Source of the DNA: Octopus sinensis
Lineage: Eukaryota
NCBI RefSeq assembly: GCF_006345805.1
Contig: NC_043016.1
Coordinates: forward strand, 6,076,001-6,140,000
Direction of reading: 5' to 3'
DNA length: 64,000 bases
The notes under the pieces are model-generated. The model was not told where the DNA came from, did no database searches, and saw only the letters and a program-made list of their open reading frames with translations. Position numbers and translations under genes: made by a program. Shown one piece after another: positions 51,640 to 64,000 of this stretch (positions are counted from its first letter, which is position 1; every line of letters starts with the position of its first letter).

Positions 51640-52195
51640 GTACTTTTTACATGTCCCTGACACTGTCCACGACTACGACTTTACTTGGTTTGACAAATCT
51701 TCCGAAACACAGCAAATCATCAAAGGTCTTGATCATTTGTCATCACCTTGATGAGGCCCAACAGCCAAAGATCATGTTTCACCACCTCATCCCATGTCTT
51801 CTTGGGTCTACCTCTTCCACATGTTCCCTCCACTATTAGAGATCAGTACTTCTTTACACAGCTGTTTTCATCCATACGCATCACATGACCAAACCAGCAC
51901 AGTCTTCTCTTTTGCACACCATATCTGATGCCTCTTCTACCCAGTTCTTCTCTCAAATCACTTACACTGTCATACATGCACACTGACATTGCACATCCAG
52001 TGAAGCATACCATCTTCATTTCTTTCAAGCCCTCACAAATCCTCTGCAGTCACAGCCCATGTTTCACTGTCATGTAGCATGGCTGTTTGCACACAAGCAT
52101 CATACAATCTGCTTTTTACTCTGAGAGAGGGGCTTTTAGTTACCAACCAAGGAAGAAGCTCTCTGAACTTTGCCCAACCCATTCCTATTTTAGTA
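51640..52195 (-). mobile_element. RTE LINE C-terminal fragment
   Basis: RRLCWFGHVMRMDENSCVKK; similar to 23039-23540. Confidence 0.8.
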
Positions 52196-52278
52196 GGTGT
52201 TGACCATCTAAATTAGTTAAATTTAGTAGACACTGCTTCATGTGTAAGAAATAAAATAATAAAGTGAATTGAACTTAC

Positions 52279-52374
52279 TCGGAACTTTCTGTGTTTGGAG
52301 AGTTCTTCGTTGAATTTGCTGATATTGTAGCTGTTGCTTAATGTGTGGTGTAAGCTGGCTTAAAGCACTTTTGC
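52279..52374 (-). CDS. Q/T/A-rich protein, exon F (GKSALSQLTPHIKQQLQYQQIQRRTLQTQKVP)
   Basis: ttttag|...|gtaagt, 96 nt, phases 1/1. Confidence 0.88.
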
Positions 52375-52501
52375 CTAAAAGGAAAAAAAGAAAGTAGATA
52401 TATATAATTGTAAGCTGTAACAAAACTAACTTCTTTTCTCAACAAGAACTAAAGAAAGCAGGTTTTGGCACTGACCACAGTTCTCCAAAAACTCAGAAAT
52501 C

Positions 52502-52898
52502 GGATCTTTTTGGTTTGAATGACAGTTTCTAACATAATTTCTACGTAACTAAAAAATTTTAAACTTCGTATACTGGTAGAATGTGTTTATAAAACATCTT
52601 TTTCTCTTGGCTTTATTGAGAAAATTCCATAGTTTGTAAGATATTTGTTGTTTTGTTTTCTTCAATTTCAACCAATCAATGACGTCCATTGACGTAAACA
52701 ACATTCTGTGCCGTATGAATATGTCCCTCGTTTAAGAAACAGATTGGGTTTATTTACATTTGTGAAAAAAAAAAGATACCCTTCCCACTAACCCTAAAAC
52801 AGATTGAAATGCAATAGATCGATACTAGGGTCTTAAATATGGGTGACAATTTCATATGACTCCACTAGAAAAAACTGCCGTTCAAACTGAAAAGATCC
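52502..52898. mobile_element. Merlin-like MITE, copy 6
   Basis: Same TIRs; exact 8-bp TSD CAGAAATC. Confidence 0.88.
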
Positions 52899-55180
52899 CA
52901 GAAATCACCTCTAAAACAGTAAAGTTAGTGTAACTTTCTAGAAGGGGTTGCAGTAGTGGTGGTGGTGGTGGTTGCACTGATAATGATGATAAATTGTTGA
53001 AAGTATGCACAGTAACACAAATTATTTAAAATGTCCTTAAAGTGGGACAATCACCCAAAGACAACAATCATGATGTCCCACAGGTCCTGGATAATTCTAA
53101 CTACAAAAGGTATCAAAACAATTATTTTTCATCTATCTTTCCTCCTGTTAAGGAATGTATAATCGGAACGGGTCCATTGAAGCTCATCAGTCTCACACAC
53201 CTTTTTGTAAAACTCACTGAACACACACAACCCTTCTCTCCACTCTCAAATTCTCATCAAGTGGCACTTGAAAATCTTGTTGAGGGCTGGCCAGAAACTA
53301 AAAAGCCTGTCTTCAAATTTTTTATTACAATCACCCCACATTTCCCTTTACTGTACCCACCAGTTAGAGGAGGACTATCCAAACCTTCCCTGCCAAAGGA
53401 AAGCATGTCATCTTATTTTTGAAGATTTGGCTAATAGCATGGTGCACTGCCCACATGATAGCAGCTGCTTATCTTAAGGCCCACACATCAGTATCAGGAA
53501 AGCAAAAACATAAGCACACAGTCCAAGCAATGAATGAAGCATGTGGACTGATGCTTCATTTTATCAGCTTTGGAAGGATGTGAGGTATAGCTGAATTCAG
53601 AACATAAATGCCTGTGATTTAATACTGCTGGGTATTTTGTCCATCATTATCAGTTCTGGACCAAATGCTTTGCACTATTTAGTTAGTTCAAATCCTGCTG
53701 AAGTCAGTGTTACCTTTTTTTTTTTTTTTCTGTCAGGACTGCACTTGGATATAAATGCCATAGGAGGCCAATCAGCAATCTCATATAAATGAGATTACAA
53801 TCTCTAGTTGTAAGCTGGAGATGATAAACAACTAGAAACACTGCCGGAGAAAGTACATGGATTTAATGGAGGAACTGACATGACATTCAGATAAAAGTGC
53901 TGCAAGGCAGCATTGAAGAGAGGATAATTCTTTTCTACTCTAGGCACAAGCCCCCCCCACCCCCCAAAAAATGGGGGGGGGCAGTCGATTAGATTGACCC
54001 CAGTATGCAACTAGTACTTAATTTATTGACCCCAAAAGGATGAAAGGCAAAGTTGAACTCAGATCGCAAAGACAGACGAAATACTGCTAAGCATTTCGCC
54101 CAGCATGCTAACATTTCTGGCAGCTCGCTGCCTTGAAGAGAGGATAATTAAGAACAATCTTGCTAGATAAAGGAAACTAAGAGAATTAGACCCAGCACAA
54201 ACTTACAAGGGAGCTATGAACTGGACAATGTACAACACAAATGAAAAAAAGGGATTGGGAAGGAACAGACATATTCAGTTGATATTTAAAATAGAGCTAA
54301 ATGCCAAAACAAAATAAAGGTTAGAGAAATGAATACTCCAGCTGTTCTTGTGACAAGTTTCAGCCTTAATATTCTCAATACATAAACACTATGGTTAATG
54401 TTTAAGATATGCAATATATATGTAGTCAACAGTTGATATTTTGACGCCATAAATGCCATACTCATAGCTCATACACAACAAATAAATCACAAATAACAGA
54501 AAAGTTAACAGATGATATAATTCTATGGTCCAGCCTTGACATCTTTCTGTGCATAAGGTTCCATAACATGAAAGTAAGCAAACAGGCTTTCATCAGAAAT
54601 TTCCCTTAGATAAATAGGAGGAGTTTTAGGAATTAACTGAAGATTGGAACTTGTCAGCAGACCAGCACCTTAACTTCTTACTAGTGAAATACATACAGGC
54701 ACTTCACATAGTAAAATCAAATTTAATCACCATCATCATTTAACGTCTACTTTTCATGCTGGCATGGTTTCTACGGCTGGATGCCCTTCCTAACACCAAC
54801 CACTCCAAGAGTGTAATGGGTGCTTTTTATGTGCCACTGGCACAGGCGTCATTTACATGATGCCAGTAATGGTCACAATTATGATTCACAGGTGCCATTT
54901 ACATCACACAGGCAACGGCCACGACTACAGTTTCACGAGTCTTCTTAACCGCAGCATATCACCAAGGTCTTAGTCACATGTCATTGCCTCCATGAATGTC
55001 ATAATTTAAAAACAAATTTAAAACTATACTACACTACACCTCTCTCTCTTTGATGCACACACACACACACACTGTTCCTTTCTGCCTTTCTATGAAATTT
55101 CTTACTGGAACACAAACCACATTCCTAACAGGTATGGCAGGATACGATTAAAATTACACAGAAGTTTTATATTTCCTCAC

Positions 55181-55307
55181 CAACTTGTCCTTTTTGTTGT
55201 GTTACACTGACTGGTATTGAGAGTGGTGTACTCCCCGCAGATGTAGTTACTGTCTGTCCTGGCATTGAATGAATAGCTTGACTTAATATCTGAGCTGTTG
55301 ACAAAAC
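55181..55307 (-). CDS. Q/T/A-rich protein, exon E (VLSTAQILSQAIHSMPGQTVTTSAGSTPLSIPVSVTQQKGQV)
   Basis: attcag|...|gtgagg, 127 nt, phases 0/1. Confidence 0.88.
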
Positions 55308-56810
55308 CTGAATTAAGTAAATAAACAGAGAGAAGCTTAACGATGGCAGATATATTGATATAAAAGAAAACAATAACCTTTATACTAACTTTAATACTCA
55401 CAAAATTCCATTTACAAAAAAAAAAAGACTATTTTGGTTTATTTTTAAACAACTCTGAGACAGTATTATGATTTAAATTCAGAAAAGAAAAGTACTGAAG
55501 TTAATACAGTAAAATTTTTAATTAGTGTCATTAAGTGCTGTGCCCAACAGCACTAATAAATAAATTTTTAAAAAACCCCAAAAAACAATGTTAATTCGTT
55601 AGTTTCAAAATGTCTCTTTTACAAAGTTAGAATAATTAGAATAAACCACAGTGAACAACTGTGTTGAATTGAGTATGTTTTCTATATTATGTTTTCTAAA
55701 GAAATTAACCTTGCCCAACCAGGGACGAGCTTAATTTCTTTTAAAGGCGGTGCTCCAGCATGGCCACAGTCAAATGACTGAAACAAGTAAAAGAGTAATA
55801 AAAATCTAGACCTCTAGGACAGAGGAGATAGAAGAAAAAATCAAAAGGAAGAAAACAACCAAAATCCTTTGGTTAAATTGCAAAAGTTATGCCATGTATT
55901 CCATGACATTATATACGTTTAATTTTCAAAACAATGTTATTGAACAGTGTTCATTTACTTGGATCTCCTGGATTGGCCAGGTACCTGGGGCTGAGTTAGC
56001 TCCACTGGTCACATTTGGTCCATTCCCCTCATGCTCTCACTATTTTCTTCCATGTTGCTCCAAGCTTTTTTTTTTTTTATTTGAGGTGTGTTGCTGTAAC
56101 CTTTTGACCCCCAAAGCAATTTTGTTGGATAACTGTTGACTACTCATGAGTTCCTCTGCCCTTTGATGGATTTTTTTTTTTCCAGCAGGGTGTCCGACAA
56201 ATACCCTCCTCATCAAGCAAGCATGGTTGGATTGTTGGCAACTAAACTGGCAACCCTTAATGAGTGTTAATTAACAACATTAAACTTGACATAACAAATT
56301 AAATTCTAATTTTAGTTGTAATTCATACTTTTTATGTCCATTTTCATTCACAGTAGCATATGCTGAATACAAATTTATTTTGGGGCAGCATTTTAAGATT
56401 GGATGCCATTTCTGTCACCAACTTTTAGCTGTTTTACATTCAGGAATGAGTCAAGTGGTTAAAATTTGAAGTAAAATAACAATAACCCTGTTCCCATGAT
56501 TCCTTATTTTTTTTTATGTCTTCAATTACTATTCTACTGTGATATTCTGTAAATCACCGTTTTAATATTTTTCTTCCCAAATATAAACATAGATGACTCA
56601 GTTACAACTCTCATAATAGCACAGAGTTGAAGTGATTGAATTAGGCAGAAGGTTTCTCTAGTTCCAATATTACAAAATAATAATCCAATTAACACAATAA
56701 ATCATGTGCTTCCTAACAGGAGGGGTAATTAAACTTTTTGTCAAAACCAAAAGAAACAAACAAAAAAAATTTAAAATCCCAGAAAAACAAAGCTCAGTGT
56801 GTTAACAAAC

Positions 56811-57071
56811 CTGTCCTTGAGCAGATGGCACTGCAGACTGTGTTTGAGTACTTTGGGCCTGAGCAACAGTCTTTTGTATTTGCAATGTTGTTTGTTGTTG
56901 CTGTGGTTGTTGTTGCTGTTGCTGCTGCTGCTGTTGTGTTTGTTGTTGTGACTGCTGCTGCTGAGGTTGTTTCTGCTGTGTCAAGCAGTGCAACTGCTGC
57001 TGCTGCTTAAAAATCATGTTCATTTCATTGCGGTACTGCCTCTGAGCCTTATTAGTATGCTTCTGTCCTTG
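56811..57071 (-). CDS. Q/T/A-rich protein, exon D (QGQKHTNKAQRQYRNEMNMIFKQQQQ...AQGQ)
   Basis: gtacag|...|gtttgt, 261 nt, phases 0/0, polyQ. Confidence 0.85.
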
Positions 57072-57435
57072 CTGTACAGATAAGGAACAAATTATAATAC
57101 ATATACATACACACACACATTGCAGGCAAGACTGGCTATTTCACTTACAGATACCAATCAATCTGGCTGGGTACCACACCACTTTCTGACTATTAAATTT
57201 CTCTCACAAAACTCAGTTTAACCCTGTGCTATGAGAAAACAGGAGCTAAAGATACCATGCAGTGGGATTGAAACAGACAACATGTGCTAGTCGTTCTTAG
57301 CAGGCTGAGCAGCTACAGAGAGGTTCCGTATGTCAGAAGTTTAACAAATTTCTTGCTGACATGGTTTGTTGACAGAGAATTACTCACAAGTTAATTTTAA
57401 TAAATAAACATTAATTAGATACAATAATGCATTAA

Positions 57436-57657
57436 CCCTTTCGTTACTGTATTTCTGTTGAGATGTTCTGTGTTTCTTTCAATTAATTTTAAATATAACA
57501 AAGAATTTAGTAAAAGAACTTAGTTATCATTAAGCTAGTGTTAGGAACATAAGTTGTGACTAAGGTTTGGTGGAAGATTTTAATTCAGAACATATGAAAA
57601 TAAGAGATTTGTACTACAGAGCCAGAGGCGGTTTTGGCCGGGTTGGTATCAAAAGGG
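57436..57657. mobile_element. piggyBac-like MITE (inverted relative to the other two)
   Basis: TTAA|CCCTTT...AAAGGG|TTAA. Confidence 0.8.
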
Positions 57658-57907
57658 TTAAAGGGAGATGCAGCACTAAAATAGTGTTTTTTAATATTTT
57701 CTTCCACATCTTACATAAATAAAAAAAAAAAAGAGAAACACTGACCAGATGTTTCTCCTTCACAAAAATAAAATAAAAAGTTTTATCTATTTTATTATAT
57801 TAATTGTAAAAATAATAATTTAGCTATTAAAATTTTTAGTTGAAAGAGTTTTAATTTTAAAAAAAGGGTGTGTTAGAAGAATTAGATGAATAAATATCTT
57901 AACAGAC

Positions 57908-58018
57908 CTGGACTTGGACAACACTAGAAATGGTAAGCGGTTTTGGATTTGGCAGCGTCGCAGGTTGACTCAAAGCTCGTTTTACTTGCTGTTGGTGAAA
58001 CAAATCAACTTGAGATTT
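57908..58018 (-). CDS. Q/T/A-rich protein, exon C (KSQVDLFHQQQVKRALSQPATLPNPKPLTISSVVQVQ)
   Basis: ctatag|...|gtctgt, 111 nt, phases 0/0. Confidence 0.8.
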
Positions 58019-58270
58019 CTATAGAAAAATAATAACACAACAATGATGATGATGATGATGATGATGATGATGGGGGTGGTGATGATGATGACGACGATGA
58101 TAATGGCAATGGTGATGTTGATGACAGTAAAATATGATAATGGTGGTGATGAGAGTGGGAGAAGCAGTTATGACATCAAACATGACAATTATAAGGAGGA
58201 AAATGTTTATCCAAATCAATTAGTATTTCCCTTCTTTCGGAAATGGAATGAAAACAATAAGCTGTCCATC

Positions 58271-58302
<32 letters not shown>

Positions 58303-59444
58303 AAGAGTGAATATTTATCCAAAGGATAATGAAAATAACAAAACTCTTTTTTCATTTCTTTTTATTTTTGAATAACTTTTCCAATCTTGTTACTAAGCAA
58401 CTGGCTATCAACATAAGCTTCAACCCATTAACATTTAAACTGGCCACACCCAACAAAAGTATTCTGCCTGTTTTATGTTCAAACTGGCCAGATCCTGCTT
58501 CTCACACATACCCTACCAAGTCAGTGTAAAGATAGACAATCATGCATTATACTGAAGCTTCAAGATTTTGATGATGTGATTAACTGAAAACAATGTGAAA
58601 AAATAAGCATTACATTTGACAGGGTAATCTGGATGCTAAAGGGCTAAAACAACAATAAGAGAATATACATAAAACATATATACATAATTTCATCATCATC
58701 ATTGTTTTAAGCTCTGGTTTTCCATACTTGCATGAGTCAGGCAGAATTTCTTAAGGCAGATTTTTTCTACAGTCAGATACCCTTCCAGAGCCAATTCACA
58801 CCTGTTTCCACAAGGTAATATTCCCCATGGCCCGACATGATTTCACAGAAGATTAGAAATGAATGACACTGCTTGTATGACAGTGATACTCATTTACAGC
58901 AATCATAAGTTTTCTTTCAGTTCCCATCTACCAATTTGCTTACAAGGCTTTGATTAGGTTAAGGCAACAGTTGAAGACATTTGCCTAAAGTGCAACATAG
59001 TGGGACCAGCCCCTCGAAAGGCTGGGAAGTAAACTTCATTGGCACCGTCACAAGATCACTGGACAGATTACTTCAATATTTGTTCCAGCTTTCTATGCAC
59101 TTTACCTTTCGTCTTTTTAAGTTCAATAAATTAAAGTACCGATCCAAAGAATTGGACTCATTGAACAGGGTAAGTATATCTATTGGCTCTTTGCATTCTT
59201 ACAGTAACACCTGTGATGATACCAGGCTCAAGAAGGTCACCTTTCTTTTGAACAACATTAGTGATGTGAACAGGGAAGACTTTCATGCATGTACACAATG
59301 TATGATCAACCCTGACAGGTGAAGTCCCAGATTTGTGTGTGTATGTTTTGGTTAAAGAAATCTGTTAAATAATTAAATGTTTAAGAAATTTTAAATTACA
59401 ATCATTTCAATAATAACAATGGGATAAACAAGCCATTAACTTAC

Positions 59445-59548
59445 AGTCAATTGTCCTATTTTTGGATTGTTAATCAGAGGTGTTTTCAGAAGTAACTGTG
59501 GTCCTTTGCCTTGTTGCTGGGTTATTTGATGCTTAACAGCTGTGCTGG
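59445..59548 (-). CDS. Q/T/A-rich protein, exon B (STAVKHQITQQQGKGPQLLLKTPLINNPKIGQLT)
   Basis: tatcag|...|gtaagt, 104 nt, phases 1/0. Confidence 0.85.
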
Positions 59549-60984
59549 CTGATATCAAGAAAACAAATCACATAATCATTATTTATAATTTAAGAGGAAT
59601 ATAACAAACTACAAAAAAACCCCCCCAAAAAAACAATGAAATAAATTTCTCTCACAACGACAACTACTACCATAGTTTCCAAAACTCTCACTACAGCTCC
59701 CACAACTCAGCTACTAACTCAACTCCTACCATAGCTCTTACAATAATTTCCACTACTCACTCCACTCATGCCAGTGCTGCTACCACCATCAACACCGCCA
59801 CCACCACCACCATCATTAACATTCTATAGTTAAACTTATACTATGTGCATATATTTTTGATTTCTAAAATTCTTTTAGTAGACAACTTCATTTTAATCAG
59901 CCACATTTCAAAAGTGCAAACTTTGCAGAAAAGCCATCAACGAGAGACAGTTAGGTTGATGAGAGGACACATACAAAACCATATGACCATTTGTCATTAT
60001 CGTCATTTTAACGTCCACTTTTCCATGCCTGTATGGGTCAGACAAAATTCACTTAGGTATATTTTCTATGACAGGATGCACTTAGTGCCAACAACTCTCA
60101 CCTGTTTTCAAGCCAAAAAATATTTCCTCAGATCCTTTAAGCACAACCATAACAACAGCTGGACATAATTTCACAGAAGATTCCACATAGACAAATGCAG
60201 CTTATATGACAGTGATGCTCATTTACAACTACAAGATGTCAAGACAAGCAAACACACTCAACTTAACTGGCACTTCATTGGTTACAACAATGGGAGATCC
60301 AGTTGATCAGCCTGCTTCATGAAATTTACCTGCAAGTGGCTGAGCACTTGCATACCTTTAATATAGTTCTCAAGGTAATTCAGTGTGACACGGAATGTGA
60401 CAAGGTTGGCTCTTCTGAATAACAGGTACAACTCATTGTTGCCAGCAGAGTGGGGACTGGAGTAACGTGAAATAAAGGACACAAGGACACAATGCACCAC
60501 CGGTAATTGAACTCATGACCTTATGATTCATCATCATCATCGTTTAACGTCCGCTTTCCATGCTAGCATGGGTTGGACGATTTTGACTGAGGGCTGGCGA
60601 ACCAGATGGCTGCACCAGGCTCCAATCTTGATTTGGCAGAGTTTCTATAGCTGGATGCCCTTCCTGATGCCAACCACTCCAAGAGTGTAGTGGGTGCTTT
60701 TTATGTGCCTTTGGCATGGGAGCCAGTCAGGTGGTACTGGCTCCGACCTCGCTTGAATCTTTTTACAAATGCCACCAGCATGATTGTGAATCAAATATCC
60801 TAACCAATAAGCCATGTGCCTTCACTAAGAAACACACACAAAACAGGCTTCTTTCAGTTTCCATCTACAAAAGTGACACACAATACTTTCATTACACTGC
60901 AGTTATAATTAAAAACACTTGCCCCGGATGTCATGCAGAGAGATTGAATCTGAAACCATGATTGCAAAACAATGGCTGTACATA

Positions 60985-61390
60985 TACTCTTTACTCTTTT
61001 ACTTGTTTCAGTCATTTGACTGCGGCCATGCTGGAGCACCGCCTTTAATCGAGCAAATCGACCCCGGGATTTATTCTTTTTTGTAAGCCCAGTACTTATT
61101 CTATCGGACTCTTTTGCCAAACCGCTAAGTAATGGGGACATAAACACACCAGCATCGGTTATCAAGCAATGCTAGGGGGACAAACACAGATACACACATA
61201 TATATATATATATATACATATATACGACGGGCTTCTTTTTAGTTTCCGTCTTCCAAATCCACTCACAAGGCTTTGGTCGGCCCGAGGCTATAGTAGAAGA
61301 CACTTGCCCAAGGTGCCACGCAGTGGGACTGAACCCAGAACCATGTGGTTAGTAAACAAGCTACTTACCACACAGCCACTCCTGCGCCTA
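60985..61390 (-). mobile_element. tRNA-derived SINE, family with head ggcgcaggagtggctgtgtggtaag...ggttcagtccc (other copies 19607-19980, 20543-20918, 21843-21995, 18185-18550)
   Basis: A/B-box-like head; several dispersed copies in the window. Confidence 0.85.
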
Positions 61391-61435
61391 TGTATAGAAA
61401 TTCAAGGAAACTAAAAGAGAAAACCAAAACATCAC

Positions 61436-61763
61436 CTGTTGTCGTAGCAACTCCAACCAAGTTTGAAGCAGAAATTCTTTGTGAATTGATTTGCATAGCT
61501 GTAAGACTGGTTGCAGGAAGAACAGATGCAGCAGCACCGGTGGTTTGAAGAGTGGCTGTGGTCACTTGCACTGATGTCCCAGCTTGTGCAACAGCTGACT
61601 GTTGTTGTTGCTGCTGCTGTTGCTGCTGCTGCTGTACTTGTGCAGCTGCAACTTGTGCTGCCACTTGACTTGCAGATACAGAATTGATATCTTGGACTGT
61701 AAGTGAGATTGGCTGCCGAGGTGCTGCTGTACGAACTGCAGAAGTCAAATTACCGCTTACAGC
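61436..61763 (-). CDS. Q/T/A-rich protein (possibly EP400/domino-like C-terminal region), exon A (AVSGNLTSAVRTAAPRQPISLTVQD...GVATTT)
   Basis: tattag|...|gtgatg, 328 nt, open frame with a polyQ tract. The phase-1 end fits the next exon. Upstream exons lie beyond the window. Confidence 0.85.
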
Positions 61764-61819
61764 CTAATAAATGGAAAAGGAAATGTGGGCATTCAAATAA
61801 ATAAACATGTTTACAAACA

Positions 61820-62310
61820 CGCATACATAATTACATATATACATTTATATATATATTATACATACATACACACACACATATATATATACATATACACACA
61901 TAAACTACACATATATATAAACATATATATCTACACACACACACATATATATATACATATACACACACACATAAACTACACATATAAACATATATATCTA
62001 CACACACACATATATATATATATATATACATATATACACACACATGTATACATATACATAAATATATACATACATATATATATACATATACATAAATATA
62101 TACATACATATATATATACATATACATAAATATATACATACATATATACATATATACACATAGATATATATATATACACACATATATACAAATCTATACA
62201 TACATATATATATACACACACACACACATACATACATATAATATATACTTCCAGATATGCATACATATAAACATACTTACATACATACATATATACTTCC
62301 AGACATACAT
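61820..62310. repeat. (TA/CA)n compound microsatellite (a second block lies at 62857-63146)
   Basis: Direct inspection. Confidence 0.95.
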
Positions 62311-63559
62311 ATTCATATAAATACAGTGTACATTTAAACATATAAGAGGCATCCATCATAGGATTCCTTGCATGCTAGAAAGGATAGTTAAATTCCAAAC
62401 CACTAATTAGGGATAAAATTTCGAAGGCAATAAAAAATAAAAACATTTACCATCTAGATGGTAAATATTTTTGTTTTTCATTCCCTTCGAAATTTCATCT
62501 CTAATAGTGGTTTGGAATTGAACTGTTCTCTTTAGCACGCAAAGAGTCCTATGATGGATGCCTCTTATAGGTTTAAATGTACACTGTATTTATGTGAATA
62601 ATATATAGCCTACTGACTAAATCTTTTACACGCTAAGCCACTGGTAATTGAAATTTCTAATATTTCTGATTACCCTTTGATATTATTAATTATACACATA
62701 CACACACACACACACACACATATATATTTATACATGTATATTTTTATATGTATTTGTTTATAAATATATCAAAACGATGTGCACAGTCACACCAACAATC
62801 CAACATACCTCCTCCATCAGTTGCCCCATGGATATCATTATCGTTTCAACAACCGATACATACATACATATATAAATACACACACACATATATATATACA
62901 CACACACACATTTATATATATATACATACACACATATATACACACACGTATATACATACATATACACACACACATATATATACACACATATATACATACA
63001 TATACACACATATATAGATATATGTATATACACACATATACACATACATATATACACACACATATATACGTCCATATATATATACTTAGATATATACAAA
63101 TACATATACATACATACGTATGCACACACACACACACACATATATAAGGTTGGTAAAAATTTACCTGACAGTAAATGAAAGCCAAGATTTCTTTATGTTT
63201 AAAAACTCAATGAATTTAATAAAAGCCTCTATATATGAAACATTATGAAAATTGTTCAGACTGAAGTCCTCAAACGACATATTTTTCTATTCAAGTAAAT
63301 ACAGAATTACAGATAGTATTTATGGAATTTTGATTTACTGTCGGGTGACCTTTGACCAACCCTGTATATAAATACATATATACATAACAAAAAAGTTAAC
63401 GGAAGCCTTGATCAGTAAGTATCTTGGCTGGTGCCACAGTAACAAAGCGAAAAGCACGCAGAGTGAAGCTGCTTAGCAAAGATTGACCATGAACTCTACT
63501 GTGCATGCACACTAAGTTTTGATATTCCAGCTAACTTCCGCTGCTTACAGCAGTGCTTG

Positions 63560-63940
63560 GAAGGAAGGTGTGATCATCATACTGACCATGACAGAGAATG
63601 TTGTCATGGCGATACCTGCCGAGAGGCCTACGCAAAGTTGCAGAAAGCGTATGGAGAGGAGTGTTTGGGTGGTTCAAAAGTTTCTAAGATGGACGTAAAA
63701 GGACGAATGTTCTGAAACAGCTGCAATCAGCAGAACTGAGTAAAATATCGCAATTGTTGAATTGCCATCTGTGAGTTTAGTTACAGTTCAGTTCAGTCCA
63801 TTATCACTGGGGATTTGGATTTGAGACATTGTCCACTAGGTTTGTGCCATAACTGCTTTCAGCTGAACAAAAAAAGCCCTCAGGTTTCAGTTGCACAAGA
63901 TTTCTTTGATTGTGTTGAGAACAATGAAAACTTTTTGAAA
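63560..63940 (+). mobile_element. Decayed mariner transposase fragment
   Basis: Broken frames give YAKLQKAYG, FGWFK..F.DGR and a FVP.LLSAEQK...VSVAQDF-like stretch, matching the mariner HTH and WVPHEL linker region. Confidence 0.7.
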
Positions 63941-64000
63941 ATTTTCCGTTAGGCCTCTCAGCAAATATTGCCAATCTTTGGCAAAATTTGGTGCAGATTC

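Noticed and set aside
58019-58375. PolyM and polyH ORFs
   Set aside because: Intronic (GAT)n microsatellite.
60985-61390. tRNA genes at SINE heads
   Set aside because: A/B-box-like motifs only; no complete cloverleaf, and each is followed by a SINE body.

Overview
AT-rich, repeat-dense animal genomic DNA. The SINE/LINE families and the TA/CA/CATA microsatellites suggest a coleoid cephalopod such as Octopus (inference). Two spliced genes were reconstructed by hand, both on the minus strand and both running off the window. (1) The 5' part of THOC6 (WD40 subunit of THO/TREX), with 8 small coding exons between 26721 and 2133; one exon carries an apparent 1-nt deletion. (2) The last 7 coding exons (61763 to stop at 47565) of a large Q/T/A-rich protein, possibly EP400/domino-like. 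The rest is transposon-derived: a complete but decayed 4.2-kb Gypsy-type LTR element inserted in a HERO-like LINE relic, two CR1-group LINEs, several RTE pieces, an R4/Dong-like relic, a solo LTR, hAT, piggyBac-like and Merlin-like MITEs, a mariner relic, Penelope-like ends (one with a hammerhead-like motif) and many SINEs. I found no convincing new multi-gene system. The most unusual signals are structural: half-identical/half-diverged LTRs with no tRNA primer site, a perfect 47-bp inverted repeat 5 kb apart, long intronic fold-backs, a G4/telomere-repeat-carrying MITE family, and an inverted repeat upstream of THOC6.
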